This document shows, piece after piece, positions 23,972-32,677 of a stretch of DNA of 35,806 bases. The notes under the pieces are model-generated. The model was not told where the DNA came from and searched no databases. It saw nothing but the letters and a program-made list of their open reading frames with translations. A program made the position numbers and the translations under genes. Origin of the DNA: an uncultured Planctomycetia bacterium (GTDB lineage Bacteria > Planctomycetota > MHYJ01 > CAYUME01). The number at the start of each line of letters is the position of its first letter. Within the stretch, counting starts at the first letter, position 1. Location: contig CAYUME010000002.1 of assembly GCA_964445475.1 (NCBI GenBank), positions 1 to 35,806 of the forward strand, written 5' to 3'.

Positions 23972-25354
23972 ATGGTCCGTTCCCTCGCGTTGAGCGTCCT
24001 CCGCACCGCCCGCCAGCGCCGGGCGTTCGTCGACGACGTCCTCGACGAGCTGCGCCCGCCTGACCTCTCCGAAGCCGACCGGCGTCTTCTCACCCAGCTC
24101 GTGCTTGGCACGGTGCGCCACCGCCTCACCCTCGACCGTCTCCTGGGCCGTTTCACGAAGGCGCCGATGCGGTCGACGCCGGACGACTTGGCCGACGTTC
24201 TCCGCCTCGGCGCCTACCAGCTCGTCTTCCTGGAGAAGGTCCCGCCGTACGCCGCGATCCACGAGGCGGTGACCTGCGCGAAGGCGCTGCGGGGCGGGGC
24301 GCGCGCGGGGGCCGCCGCCAATGCCATCCTTCGCGCCCTCGACCGCGCGATCGTCCGCGACCCCGGCGCCGTGCGGGACCTGCCGCCGGTCCGCCGGGTT
24401 CCCGCCGGGGCCGGCCGCGTCGTCGGCTTCGATCGCGACGTCCTTCCCGACCCGTCCGCCGCCGGGGACCATCTTGCCGCGGCGTACTCCCATCCGGCGT
24501 GGCTCGTCGCGCGCTGGCTCGCGCGGCACGGCGAGGACCGCGTCCGCGCCTTGTGCGAGGCCGGAAACGCCGCGCCGCCGCTCACCGTGCGGGTCAACCT
24601 GCGGCGCATCCCGCGCGACGCCCTGCAGGCCCGGCTGCAGGGCGAGGGGGTCGCCTCGCGGTCCGGCCGGTTCCCGGAGGCCCTTCGGCTCGACCGCCCC
24701 GGCGCGATCCAGGCCCTTCCGAGCTTCCAGGAGGGGCTCTTCCAGCCGCAGGACGAAACGGCGATGGCGGTGTCGCGCGCCCTCGACCCGCGGCCGGGCG
24801 AGCGGGTGCTGGACGTCTGCGCCGGACCCGGCGGGAAGACGGCGCACCTTGCGGAGCTGGCGGGCGGCGGCGCGACCGTGTTCGCCGTCGAGATCGCCGC
24901 CGACAAGTCGAGGCGGATCGCGCAGGGCGTCCGGCGCCTCGGGGCGGACGGCGTCCGGATCGTGACCGCGGACGGGGCGCGCCTGCCCTTCCGGTCACCC
25001 GACGCCTTCTCTGCCGCTCTCGTCGACGCGCCCTGCTCGAACACCGGGGTGCTCGCGCGCCGCGCCGACGCGCGGTGGCGGATCCGGCCGCGCGACCTCG
25101 AGGTCCTCCCCCGTCTCCAGGGGGCGCTTCTGGCCTCGGCGGCGGATCGCGTCGCCCCCGGTGGACGGCTCGTCTACTCGACGTGCAGCATCGAGCCCGA
25201 GGAAAACGGGGATGTCGTGCGGCGCTTCCTGGCGGACCACCCGTCGTGGGGCCTGGAAGCGGAAGAGGAAACGCCGCCTTCGGCGGAGGCGAGCGGGGGG
25301 TACTGGGCGAAGCTGCGGAACGGGGGGAGGGGCGCTCCGGGCCCGGGGTCTTGA
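23972..25354 (+). CDS. rsmB: 16S rRNA (cytosine967-C5)-methyltransferase RsmB (NusB-like N-terminal domain plus NOL1/NOP2/Sun methyltransferase domain)
   Basis: NusB-like N-terminus (RLLTQLVLGTVRHRLTLD). FQEGLFQPQDETAM, VLDVCAGPGGKT, DAPCSNTGVLARR and YSTCSIEPEENG carry the two catalytic Cys motifs. It starts 4 nt after the preceding stop. Confidence 0.9.
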   Translation: MVRSLALSVLRTARQRRAFVDDVLDELRPPDLSEADRRLLTQLVLGTVRHRLTLDRLLGRFTKAPMRSTPDDLADVLRLGAYQLVFLEKVPPYAAIHEAVTCAKALRGGARAGAAANAILRALDRAIVRDPGAVRDLPPVRRVPAGAGRVVGFDRDVLPDPSAAGDHLAAAYSHPAWLVARWLARHGEDRVRALCEAGNAAPPLTVRVNLRRIPRDALQARLQGEGVASRSGRFPEALRLDRPGAIQALPSFQEGLFQPQDETAMAVSRALDPRPGERVLDVCAGPGGKTAHLAELAGGGATVFAVEIAADKSRRIAQGVRRLGADGVRIVTADGARLPFRSPDAFSAALVDAPCSNTGVLARRADARWRIRPRDLEVLPRLQGALLASAADRVAPGGRLVYSTCSIEPEENGDVVRRFLADHPSWGLEAEEETPPSAEASGGYWAKLRNGGRGAPGPGS

Positions 25355-25418
25355 GCCCGGGTTGCGATCGGGTTCGGGCCGGGAGGCCGCGCGACACGGA
25401 ACCCGGCGCCGTCCCGGG

Positions 25419-25784
25419 CTACGGCTTGGATTTTCCTCCCTTCGGAGAGGAGGGCGTCGTGCCGGAAGACGACTGGCCGGGCGATGTCTTGGATGTGGTC
25501 CCGGACGCGTTGGATCCGGTCGACGTGCCGGAGTCCTTCTTCTTCTCCCCGGCGGCCGGCGCGCCTCCCGGTTTGTCGGCCCCGGCTTTTGCCTTGTAGT
25601 CCGACGACCGGTAGTCGGTGATGTAGAACCCGCTTCCCTTGAAGATCAGTCCCGCCCCCCCGCTGATCAGCCGCTTCGCCCCCCGGCCGCACTTCGGGCA
25701 CGGCTGCACGGGCTTGGAGGAGATGGGCAGGAACAGCTCGAATCTCTCCTCGCACGCCCCGCAGAGGAACTCATAGGTCGGCAT
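25419..25784 (-). CDS. FmdB-family zinc-ribbon protein with Ser/Thr/Gly/Lys-rich tail
   Basis: ATG 25784 follows GGGAG. MPTYEFLCGACEERFE...CPKCG...LISGGAGLIFKGSGFYITDYRS is the CxxC..CxxC FmdB signature. Confidence 0.85.
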   Translation of the reverse strand: MPTYEFLCGACEERFELFLPISSKPVQPCPKCGRGAKRLISGGAGLIFKGSGFYITDYRSSDYKAKAGADKPGGAPAAGEKKKDSGTSTGSNASGTTSKTSPGQSSSGTTPSSPKGGKSKP

Positions 25785-25862
25785 GGCAAACTCCCTTGTT
25801 ATCCGCTTCCTGCCTGATATCCGTGCAAAACGCATGCCAGGGGAGATGTTGAGAGGGTGGGG

Positions 25863-25891
25863 ATGATATGGCGCAACTCGTTGTATTTCAA
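25863..25891 (-). promoter_or_regulatory. sigma70-like promoter TTGAAA-17-TATCAT for the FmdB-family gene
   Basis: Minus strand: TTGAAA (25886..25891), 17-nt spacer, TATCAT (25863..25868). The leader to ATG 25784 is about 70 nt. Confidence 0.45.
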
Positions 25892-26001
25892 GGATTTGAA
25901 GGGATCGCCGGAAGTGCGGCCGCGGCGCGGGATGTCAGTTTGGCAGTGGGCGGGAATCGGGCGGGCAACCGGGTTCCGGATGGATCCTCCCCGGGGACGT
26001 C

Positions 26002-26889
26002 TTAGCGAAAGAACTTGAAGTAGACGAATATCGCGGCGGCGGCGGCGAGGAGGGCGCCGCCGATCCAGAATACCGGCGCCCACGAGTTCCGGACCTTGAC
26101 GATCCGGGCGACCGGCTGGGACGCCGCGGCGGTGCGGGGAGAGGCGGGTATCGGCGTCGCGGACGCCGGCGAACCGGGAATCTCGGCCTGGACGGCCGGG
26201 ATCGTGCCGGGCGTCGGCGTCAATCCGACAAAGTCCGTCGCCACGGTCGGTTGGCCTCCCGCAGGCGTCCCCATGGACGGATCGAACGTGACGTCCGCGT
26301 CCACCTTCGTGCTCTTGTACTCGGAGAGGGGGATGAGATAGCCGTTGCAGGCCTTGCAGTGGTAGCGCCGCGTGGGGGTGTACCCCGTCGCGTTGAAGCG
26401 CTTCCCGCACTGCTCGCAGGCGAGCATGACCTTCTTCTGGGAGGAGAGGGCGAGGGTGACCTGGCGGGCGGTCGTGTAGCCCCGCTCGACGAGGAGCTCG
26501 CCGAGGCGGGGGATCTCGGCGGCGCCGGCCTCGACCGCCTCGGCCTGGATGCGGATGCAGTCGTTGATCTGCTGCTCGGTGACCTCGCCGCGCTGGAGGA
26601 GAACCTGGCCGAGGAGGGTGTCGCGCTTCTGGGCGCGCGCGGGGTCGAGGCTGGCGGCGCGCTGTTCCTCGAGGAGGGTCAGGAGGAGCGGCTCGGTGAG
26701 GTACCCCTTGGCGACGAGGATGATGCCGAGGGGGCGGGCCGCGCCGCGCTCCTCGACGTCCGTCCCCTGCTCCATCAGGGCCTCGCGGAGCTGGTCCTGG
26801 GTGACGAACTCCCGCTCCAGCGCCATCTTGCCGAGCAGGACGCCCATCATGTCCTGCCGTTCGCCGGCCACTTCGCGTTCCTCGGTCAT
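26002..26889 (-). CDS. tail-anchored zinc-ribbon protein with four MshEN/T2SSE_N-type 24-residue repeats
   Basis: Four repeats of the pattern xLGxxhhxxGhhxxxxhxxxhxxQ at aa 18-41, 53-76, 92-115 and 128-151. CEQC...CKAC zinc ribbon at aa 158-181. A Pro/Thr/Ala linker follows. C-terminal TM helix WAPVFWIGGALLAAAAAIFVYF. Confidence 0.8.
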   Translation of the reverse strand: MTEEREVAGERQDMMGVLLGKMALEREFVTQDQLREALMEQGTDVEERGAARPLGIILVAKGYLTEPLLLTLLEEQRAASLDPARAQKRDTLLGQVLLQRGEVTEQQINDCIRIQAEAVEAGAAEIPRLGELLVERGYTTARQVTLALSSQKKVMLACEQCGKRFNATGYTPTRRYHCKACNGYLIPLSEYKSTKVDADVTFDPSMGTPAGGQPTVATDFVGLTPTPGTIPAVQAEIPGSPASATPIPASPRTAAASQPVARIVKVRNSWAPVFWIGGALLAAAAAIFVYFKFFR

Positions 26890-26930
26890 GGGCCGCGTCC
26901 ATCCTTTTGGGTCAATGAAACGCGGAGGCG

Positions 26931-26959
26931 ATTCTAGTGAAGGTTGCCGGCGGCGTCAA
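26931..26959 (-). promoter_or_regulatory. sigma70-like promoter TTGACG-17-TAGAAT for the MshEN-repeat gene
   Basis: Minus strand: TTGACG (26954..26959), 17-nt spacer, TAGAAT (26931..26936), about 40 nt upstream of ATG 26889. Confidence 0.5.
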
Positions 26960-27126
26960 GGCAGCACGGCCGGGTCCTTGGAGAAGCAATCATCCGGTCG
27001 AGGGGGGCGCCGCAGCCGGCGGACCCCGGCGGCGGGTAACGGACACCTTGTGTCGTCACGGGGGATGTGATGGGCTTCCCCGTCAGGCCGGACGGTCCCG
27101 GGGCGGGCGTTCGGAATCCCGCCGAT

Positions 27127-27156
27127 TTGACTTTCCGCGTGGGTCCCCGATAGAAT
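27127..27156 (+). promoter_or_regulatory. sigma70-like promoter TTGACT-18-TAGAAT for the 27219 gene
   Basis: TTGACT at 27127..27132, 18-nt spacer, TAGAAT at 27151..27156. The leader is about 56 nt, with a GGGGAGGGGG SD before ATG 27219. Confidence 0.5.
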
Positions 27157-27218
27157 GACAACAGGCACGACGCCGCGCCGAGGCGGCCGTCGGGAGCGTA
27201 TCCGGGGAGGGGGCGCCC

Positions 27219-28298
27219 ATGACCTTCGCATGGAGACGTACCGTGCTCCCCGGCCTCGCCGCCGCCCTGCTGTTCCCCCCGCCGGCCCGCCTTCCCGCCG
27301 ACGTGATCGTGCTGAAGGACGGCACGCACGTCGCGGGAGACGAGGTGTCGGAGGAGGCCGATGCCTACCGGGTCAAGACGAAGTACGGCCTCCTGAGCGT
27401 CCCCAAGGAGACGGTTGCCGAGGTCGTCCGGGTCGCCCCCCTGGTGGAGCAGGCCCGCTCGTTCCGGATGGGCGGGGCCGCGATGCTGAAGAAGGCGGAG
27501 CAGCACGAGGGCGACCCGGAGATGCGCAAGCTCGACGCGGAAAGCGCCCGGGAGTCGCTGAAGCAGGCGCTGGCGCTCTTCACGAAGGCGCGGTCGGCTT
27601 CCTTCGGCGCGGACGCGGAAGGGCTGGATCGCGTGATCGCCGGCGTGGAGGAGGAGATCGCGCGCTGCCGCGACCTGGCGGGTCCGGAGTCGCTGGTCCC
27701 GGTCGCCCCGCCGAAGGCGCCCGAGTCGGCGCCGGCCGTCCCGCCGCCCGCGGTGCCGGCCTCCGTCGTCCCCCCCGCGCCGCCGCCCTGCCTCCCCGTC
27801 CCTTCCCCGGAAGACCGGAAGCGCGCCGAGGCGCAGATCCGCGACCTCTTCAAGGCAGAGTACGTCCGTCGGGACCCGGCAGACCAGCAGGCGCTCGCGG
27901 CCCGGCTGATCCGGGAGAGCGAGGGGACGCGGGACGACGCGGCGGCCCGCTACGTCCTCCTCGCCGAGGCGCGCGACCTGGCCGCCCGGTCGGGCGACCC
28001 TTCGACCGCCCTCGACGCGGTCGACCGGATGGCGAAGGGCTTCCGGGTGGACGCCCTCGCCCTGAAGCAGGAGGCCCTGGACGTGGCCGCCCGGTCGGTG
28101 CGCACGCCGGAAGCCGCCGCGGCCCTGGCGGACGGCTGCCTGGCTGCCGCCGCCGAGGCGGCCGACGCCGACGACTACGATGCGGCCGTCGCGCTGGCGA
28201 CGAAAGCGGAGTCGGCGGCGCGCCGGCCGGCCGACGCCTATCTTGCCGCCCAGGCCCGCGACGCCCGGCGGGACCACGAATCGATGCGGGGCCGGTAA
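27219..28298 (+). CDS. secreted protein fragment (signal peptide, small beta domain, Pro-rich linker, helical repeats); N-terminal part of a gene interrupted by an in-frame TAA
   Basis: MTFAWRRTVLPGLAAALLFPPPARLPA is a signal peptide. It ends at TAA 28296..28298. The same frame stays open and sensible for the next 39 codons and runs into the 28416 ORF. Confidence 0.7.
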   Translation: MTFAWRRTVLPGLAAALLFPPPARLPADVIVLKDGTHVAGDEVSEEADAYRVKTKYGLLSVPKETVAEVVRVAPLVEQARSFRMGGAAMLKKAEQHEGDPEMRKLDAESARESLKQALALFTKARSASFGADAEGLDRVIAGVEEEIARCRDLAGPESLVPVAPPKAPESAPAVPPPAVPASVVPPAPPPCLPVPSPEDRKRAEAQIRDLFKAEYVRRDPADQQALAARLIRESEGTRDDAAARYVLLAEARDLAARSGDPSTALDAVDRMAKGFRVDALALKQEALDVAARSVRTPEAAAALADGCLAAAAEAADADDYDAAVALATKAESAARRPADAYLAAQARDARRDHESMRGR

Positions 28299-28415
28299 CG
28301 CCTCGTCAAGGGCGACGCAGAGACGCTCAAGGAGAAGCCGGAGGATCCCGATGCCAACTCGGCCGTCGGGCGCTTCTACTGCCTGGACAAGGGTGACTGG
28401 AAGCGGGGCCTGCCG

Positions 28416-29246
28416 ATGCTGGCGCAGGGCTCGGACGCCGGATTGAAGGAGCTGGCGAAGCGGGATCTCGCGAATCCATCCGACGTCGCCGGCCAGGTCT
28501 CCCTCGGCGACGCCTGGTGGGAGGCCGGAGAGAAAGCCGGCGGGGCGGCGAAATCGCCGTGCCGGGATCGGGCGGTCCACTGGTACCGCGCGGCCGCCCG
28601 AAAGGCCGCCGGCTTGGCGAAGACGCGCCTCCAGGCCCGCATCGTCGAGTACGAGAAGGAGTCCTCCCTGCCAGCCCCGTCGGGTGCCGCCGCGGGCGCC
28701 GTCGCCCTCTTCAACGGCCGGGACCTCTCGGCGTGGGTCGACCGGCACGGCGAGCGTGCGGCCTGGCCCGTCGTCGGCGGCGTCCTGGAGACGGGGCGCG
28801 GCAACATCCTGACGCGGGCCCGGTTCCAGGACTTCCGGCTCCACGTCGAGTTCCGCATGGAGCCGGAGAGCGACAGCGGCGTCTACCTCCAGGGACGCTA
28901 CGAGATCAACATCCGGACCAACCCCTGGACCGACCCCCCGTCCCTCACCGGCAGCTGCGGCGCGATCGTCGGCGTGAAGGCGCCGGACAAGAATGCCGTC
29001 AAGCCGCCCGGCGTCTGGCAGGCGTTCGACATCGTCTTCCGCGCCGCGCGGTTCAGCGGGGAGAAGAAGACCACCAGCGCCCGCGTCACCGTCCTCCTCA
29101 ACGGCGTGAAGATCCACGACGACGTCGAGATCCGCGCCTCCACGGGCCTGGGCACCACCGAGAGCCCCGAGCCCGGCCCAATCCTGCTCCAGGAGTTCGC
29201 CGGCAAGGTCCGCTTCCGCAACATCTGGATCGCGCCGATGCGGTAA
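28416..29246 (+). CDS. DUF1080 (3-keto-disaccharide hydrolase-like) domain protein; C-terminal part of the interrupted gene
   Basis: LFNGRDLSAWV...WPVVGGVLE...ILTRARFQDFRLHVEFRM...DSGVYLQGRYEINI...PPGVWQAFDIVF...VLLNGVKIHDDV...GPILLQEFAGKVRFRNIWIAPM is a full DUF1080 pattern. It has no signal peptide and no SD of its own. It is in the same frame as 27219..28298. Confidence 0.7.
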   Translation: MLAQGSDAGLKELAKRDLANPSDVAGQVSLGDAWWEAGEKAGGAAKSPCRDRAVHWYRAAARKAAGLAKTRLQARIVEYEKESSLPAPSGAAAGAVALFNGRDLSAWVDRHGERAAWPVVGGVLETGRGNILTRARFQDFRLHVEFRMEPESDSGVYLQGRYEINIRTNPWTDPPSLTGSCGAIVGVKAPDKNAVKPPGVWQAFDIVFRAARFSGEKKTTSARVTVLLNGVKIHDDVEIRASTGLGTTESPEPGPILLQEFAGKVRFRNIWIAPMR

Positions 29247-29278
29247 TGCCCCTGTTTTCACCCGCCTTCGCCCGGAAG

Positions 29279-29297
29279 CCCGCCCCGCTGGGGCGGG
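29279..29297. terminator. short GC hairpin between convergent genes
   Basis: CCCGCCCC (29279..29286), loop GCT, GGGGCGGG (29290..29297). It lies between the stop at 29246 (+) and the stop at 29303 (-). There is no U-tract. Confidence 0.35.
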
Positions 29298-29302
29298 GTA
29301 CC

Positions 29303-32300
29303 TCACTCCAGGCACACGACCTTCCCGTCCTGTAGGCTCACGTACACCTTCTTGCTGGCCGCCGCCATCCCGTCGAAGACGGGGATCGTCTCCAGCCTGA
29401 TCGCGTTCAGCTTCTCCCCGGTCTCGGCGGAGACGGCCCACATCACCCCGCCGCGCTCGCCCCGCCACGCCGCCTCCTGCTCGCGCAGCTGGCGGTTGAC
29501 CGCGTCGTCGGCTCCGGGCAGGAAGCCCAGCATCTTCGTCTCGTCCGCCAGGTCCGGCGGCCCCGCGACGAAGAGCGTCTTCCCTCCCAGGGCCATGGCG
29601 TTGACGAGCAGCGGGGGCGAGTCGATCTGCCAGTGGACCGTGTGCCCGGCGATGACGAGCCCCGCGTCCTCTTTCCCGGCCGCGCCGGCCGCCGCCTTTT
29701 TCTTTCGTCTGCCGCCCGCCTCCGGCGCCGCGTCGCCGGGGTCCCGGTCGCACGCGTACAGCCGGTAGGTCTGGCGGGGGTGCAGCATGTTCCCGAGGGG
29801 GTCGGGGCGGAAGGCGTAGGCCCGGGACCCGTCCAGCGCCATGATGCTCCCGCAGGGATTGTCCCTCCGCGTGTTCGCGTACGCGCCCCACCCCTCGCCG
29901 CAGTCGTTCCCGAAGATCCAGTAGGACCGGTGGAACCAGACGTCGTCCAGCAGCCCCGTCTGGCAGAAGAGGTGCCGCTCGCCCGGGGGGGCGGACGGGT
30001 CGACGCCGAGGCGGTTCCCCTCCAGGTCGAAGTTCTGCTCCTGCATGAAGAGGCGCTTCCCGTCGCTGGAGAAGATGTCGGCGTTCGCCACCGGCATGAC
30101 CTTCTGCGCGATCAGGGTCTGAAGGTGCCGGCCCGTCGCGGGATCCTTCTCGTCGAGCGTCGTCTCGGAGAGGAGCGCGCCGGTCGCCGGGTCCAGCCGG
30201 ACCAGCCGCATGCCGCCGTCGAAGAACAGGTTCCGGCCCGCGAGGGCGTAGAGGACGCCCTTCACGATCAGCACGCTGCCGTGGACGGGCCAGGACGACT
30301 CCAGCTGCTGGCTGGCGACGATCTGCCGGTCCGCGGGGGCGACGCGGTACCGCCAGGCGAGCGCGCCGTCCTCCGCCCGCAGGCAGGTGACCCAGCCGTC
30401 GGCGGAGCCGAAGATCGCCGTCCCCTGGTGGAGCGTCGGGGCGGAGTCGATCCGGCCGCCCGCCCGGAAGGTCCACGTCGGCTTCCCGGTCGCGGCGTCC
30501 AGGGCGTGGAGCATCTGCCGGTCCTTCGAGGCGACGAGGACCTTCCCGTAGGCCAAGACCGGCTGCGTGAGCCGGCCGCCCAGGTCGGCGGTCCAGGCCG
30601 GCTTCACGGTCGCGGGGACCGGCGACGGGCAGAATCCGCTCCGGGCCGCGTCGCGCCGGTGCATCGGCCAGTCGGCTTCCGTCGTCGGCGCCGCCGACGC
30701 GATCCGGCCGTAAGCCGGTCCTTTCTCAAGGCGCCCGGCCTCGGGCAGGGCCGGGGCCGGCGTCCGGGCCGGCGCCAGCGCGCAGAAGTGCTCCAGCTTG
30801 GACTGGTAGTAGCAGGCGCAGGAGTCCGGCGGCTTGTAGAGCAGGCCGTTGCACGGCATGAGGCCGTAGACGCAGCTCCCGCGGACATAGTTGAAGATCT
30901 CCACCTTCGCGTCGCCCACCCGGTAGAATTCTGCCCCCATCCCGTTGGTGATGAGGTAGCGCGTCGTCGCCCGGCCGGGGTAGCACCGCGGGTGCATCGG
31001 GAAGGCGGGAAGGTTCTCCGCCACGAAGTCCTTCCGGACCTCCCCCGTGCGGAGGTCCATCACCTTGAAGTGCGTCCCCTGCTTCTGCGCCGTCCCCGTG
31101 TTCGCGGACCAGACGGCCCCGTCGATGACGAAGAGATCCTCCGGGCAGTGGTGGCTCGTCTTCAGCAGCTTGGCGTTCCAGAGCGGCTTGCCGTCCTTCG
31201 CGTCGAAGGCCGCCAGCGCGGCGCCGTCGGCGAAGAGGAGGATCCCGCCCGCGACCACGGCCCGCAGCGAGCCGCCCGTGGGGACGTTGGCGACTTTCGG
31301 CCCGGAGGCGGTCCATCGCGGCTCGCCGGTCTTCCGGTCGAGGGCGACCAGGCCCGCGCCGTTGTGGAAGAAGACCGCGTCGCCGCCGACCGCCAGGGAG
31401 AGCGGGGCGACCTTCGAGGCGTGGCGCCAGAGGACCTTCCCGGTGCCGGCCTCGACCGCCTGCAGGCTCCGCACCGGCCGTTCCGGCGTCCAGGCCCACC
31501 CGCCGTTCGCGCGGCCGATCTCCTTGTAGCTGGACGACTCGGCCCGGTAGCCCACCGCCGGCCGCTCCGGGTCGACGAGCAGGTAGAGGACGCCGTCCGA
31601 CAGGACGATCTCCTCCGTCGGCCGCGTCCCCTCGTACGCCCGGACCGTCTCGCCCGTCGCCGCGTCGTAGGCCGTCACCGGCTCGGCGAGCCCGGCGGCC
31701 ACGTAGACGCGGTCGCCGACCGCGACCAGCTTCCGCGGGAGGTGGCCGGGGCCGCTTTTCAGCGGCCAGTTGGCGGGCCACCAGTCCTTCAGCGGCCGCT
31801 TCCAGAGGATCACCCCGTTGAACCCGTCGCGCGCCACCAGCGTCCACCGGGCGGGCAGGAAGATGTGGTTGCGGAGGCCCTCGTCGATGACGTAGAAGAT
31901 CCGCCCGCCCGTCGAGACCATCGCGTGGAGGCTCGACATGAAGTCGTGGTTCCGGAGCCACTTCGGGTCGCCGATCCACTGGATCTCGCGCGGCGGCCCC
32001 ACGACTTCGTCGCGCCCCACCATCGTCCCCTGCGGGTCGTGCTGGTAGTGAGTCCACTCGTCCAGCCCGTTCGGGAGGGGCTTCGCGAAGAGCCGGTGGC
32101 CGTTTGCGGCGGCGGCCGCCGGCGTCCACCGGTCGTTCTCGAAGGGGCCCGTCTCCAGCGTCCCGGGCGCGAGCGCGACCACCCCCCGCGGGGCGAGGAC
32201 GCGCCAGCATTCGTCGGCGGGGACCCGGCATGGCGCGCTCACGACGAGCAGGTTCACCAGGCCGTCCGCGAAGGGGAGGCTCGCCCCGTCGAATTCCCGC

Positions 32301-32575
32301 ACCGTGACTGCGCCGGCGAGCCCTTTCTCGGCGAGCCGCATCCGGACCGGGTCGACCGCCTCGCGCGAGAGGGCCAGTCCCTGCACCAGGAACCGGTCGT
32401 CGACGCGCAGCGCCGCGGTGCGCTCCGCGTCCGCGCAACCGACCTGCACAATGAGGCCGCCCTGGACGCCGGCGGCCCCGGGGAGTCCTCCGGCGGGCTC
32501 CGCCCCGGCGACGGGAAGGCAGGCGAGGCCGATCAGGGCGTGCAGGGCGCACGGCTTCATCGCGATCCCTTTCAT
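29303..32575 (-). CDS. large secreted PQQ-like (BamB-type) beta-propeller repeat protein with N-terminal degenerate methyltransferase-like domain
   Basis: Signal peptide MKPCALHALIGLACLPVAGA (alternative start 32560). N-terminal GGLIVQVGCADAERTAAL...VLAPRGVVAL has a class-I methyltransferase-like topology. Many repeats of the type G..lW......(s)p.v..g.vy......g.l.alda.tG follow through to the C-terminus (VYVSLQDGKVVCLE). Confidence 0.88.
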   Translation of the reverse strand: MKGIAMKPCALHALIGLACLPVAGAEPAGGLPGAAGVQGGLIVQVGCADAERTAALRVDDRFLVQGLALSREAVDPVRMRLAEKGLAGAVTVREFDGASLPFADGLVNLLVVSAPCRVPADECWRVLAPRGVVALAPGTLETGPFENDRWTPAAAAANGHRLFAKPLPNGLDEWTHYQHDPQGTMVGRDEVVGPPREIQWIGDPKWLRNHDFMSSLHAMVSTGGRIFYVIDEGLRNHIFLPARWTLVARDGFNGVILWKRPLKDWWPANWPLKSGPGHLPRKLVAVGDRVYVAAGLAEPVTAYDAATGETVRAYEGTRPTEEIVLSDGVLYLLVDPERPAVGYRAESSSYKEIGRANGGWAWTPERPVRSLQAVEAGTGKVLWRHASKVAPLSLAVGGDAVFFHNGAGLVALDRKTGEPRWTASGPKVANVPTGGSLRAVVAGGILLFADGAALAAFDAKDGKPLWNAKLLKTSHHCPEDLFVIDGAVWSANTGTAQKQGTHFKVMDLRTGEVRKDFVAENLPAFPMHPRCYPGRATTRYLITNGMGAEFYRVGDAKVEIFNYVRGSCVYGLMPCNGLLYKPPDSCACYYQSKLEHFCALAPARTPAPALPEAGRLEKGPAYGRIASAAPTTEADWPMHRRDAARSGFCPSPVPATVKPAWTADLGGRLTQPVLAYGKVLVASKDRQMLHALDAATGKPTWTFRAGGRIDSAPTLHQGTAIFGSADGWVTCLRAEDGALAWRYRVAPADRQIVASQQLESSWPVHGSVLIVKGVLYALAGRNLFFDGGMRLVRLDPATGALLSETTLDEKDPATGRHLQTLIAQKVMPVANADIFSSDGKRLFMQEQNFDLEGNRLGVDPSAPPGERHLFCQTGLLDDVWFHRSYWIFGNDCGEGWGAYANTRRDNPCGSIMALDGSRAYAFRPDPLGNMLHPRQTYRLYACDRDPGDAAPEAGGRRKKKAAAGAAGKEDAGLVIAGHTVHWQIDSPPLLVNAMALGGKTLFVAGPPDLADETKMLGFLPGADDAVNRQLREQEAAWRGERGGVMWAVSAETGEKLNAIRLETIPVFDGMAAASKKVYVSLQDGKVVCLE

Positions 32576-32677
32576 GCGGGGCTCGAGCGCGGGGGCGGGT
32601 CACCCGCTGTTAGTATCCATCCGGCAGCCGGATCATACGGCCTTTCGCGGGGCAAGTCCCGTGCCGGCGGGGCCCCG

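Noticed and set aside
25419-25600. The Ser/Thr/Gly/Lys-rich tail of the FmdB-family protein as a novel feature.
   Set aside because: Low-complexity tails are common in this family of small zinc-ribbon proteins. Nothing further can be inferred.
28296-28298. Programmed recoding (selenocysteine, pyrrolysine or read-through) at the in-frame stop.
   Set aside because: The codon is TAA, not TGA or TAG. I saw no SECIS- or PYLIS-like hairpin immediately downstream. A nonsense mutation or sequence error is the simpler explanation.
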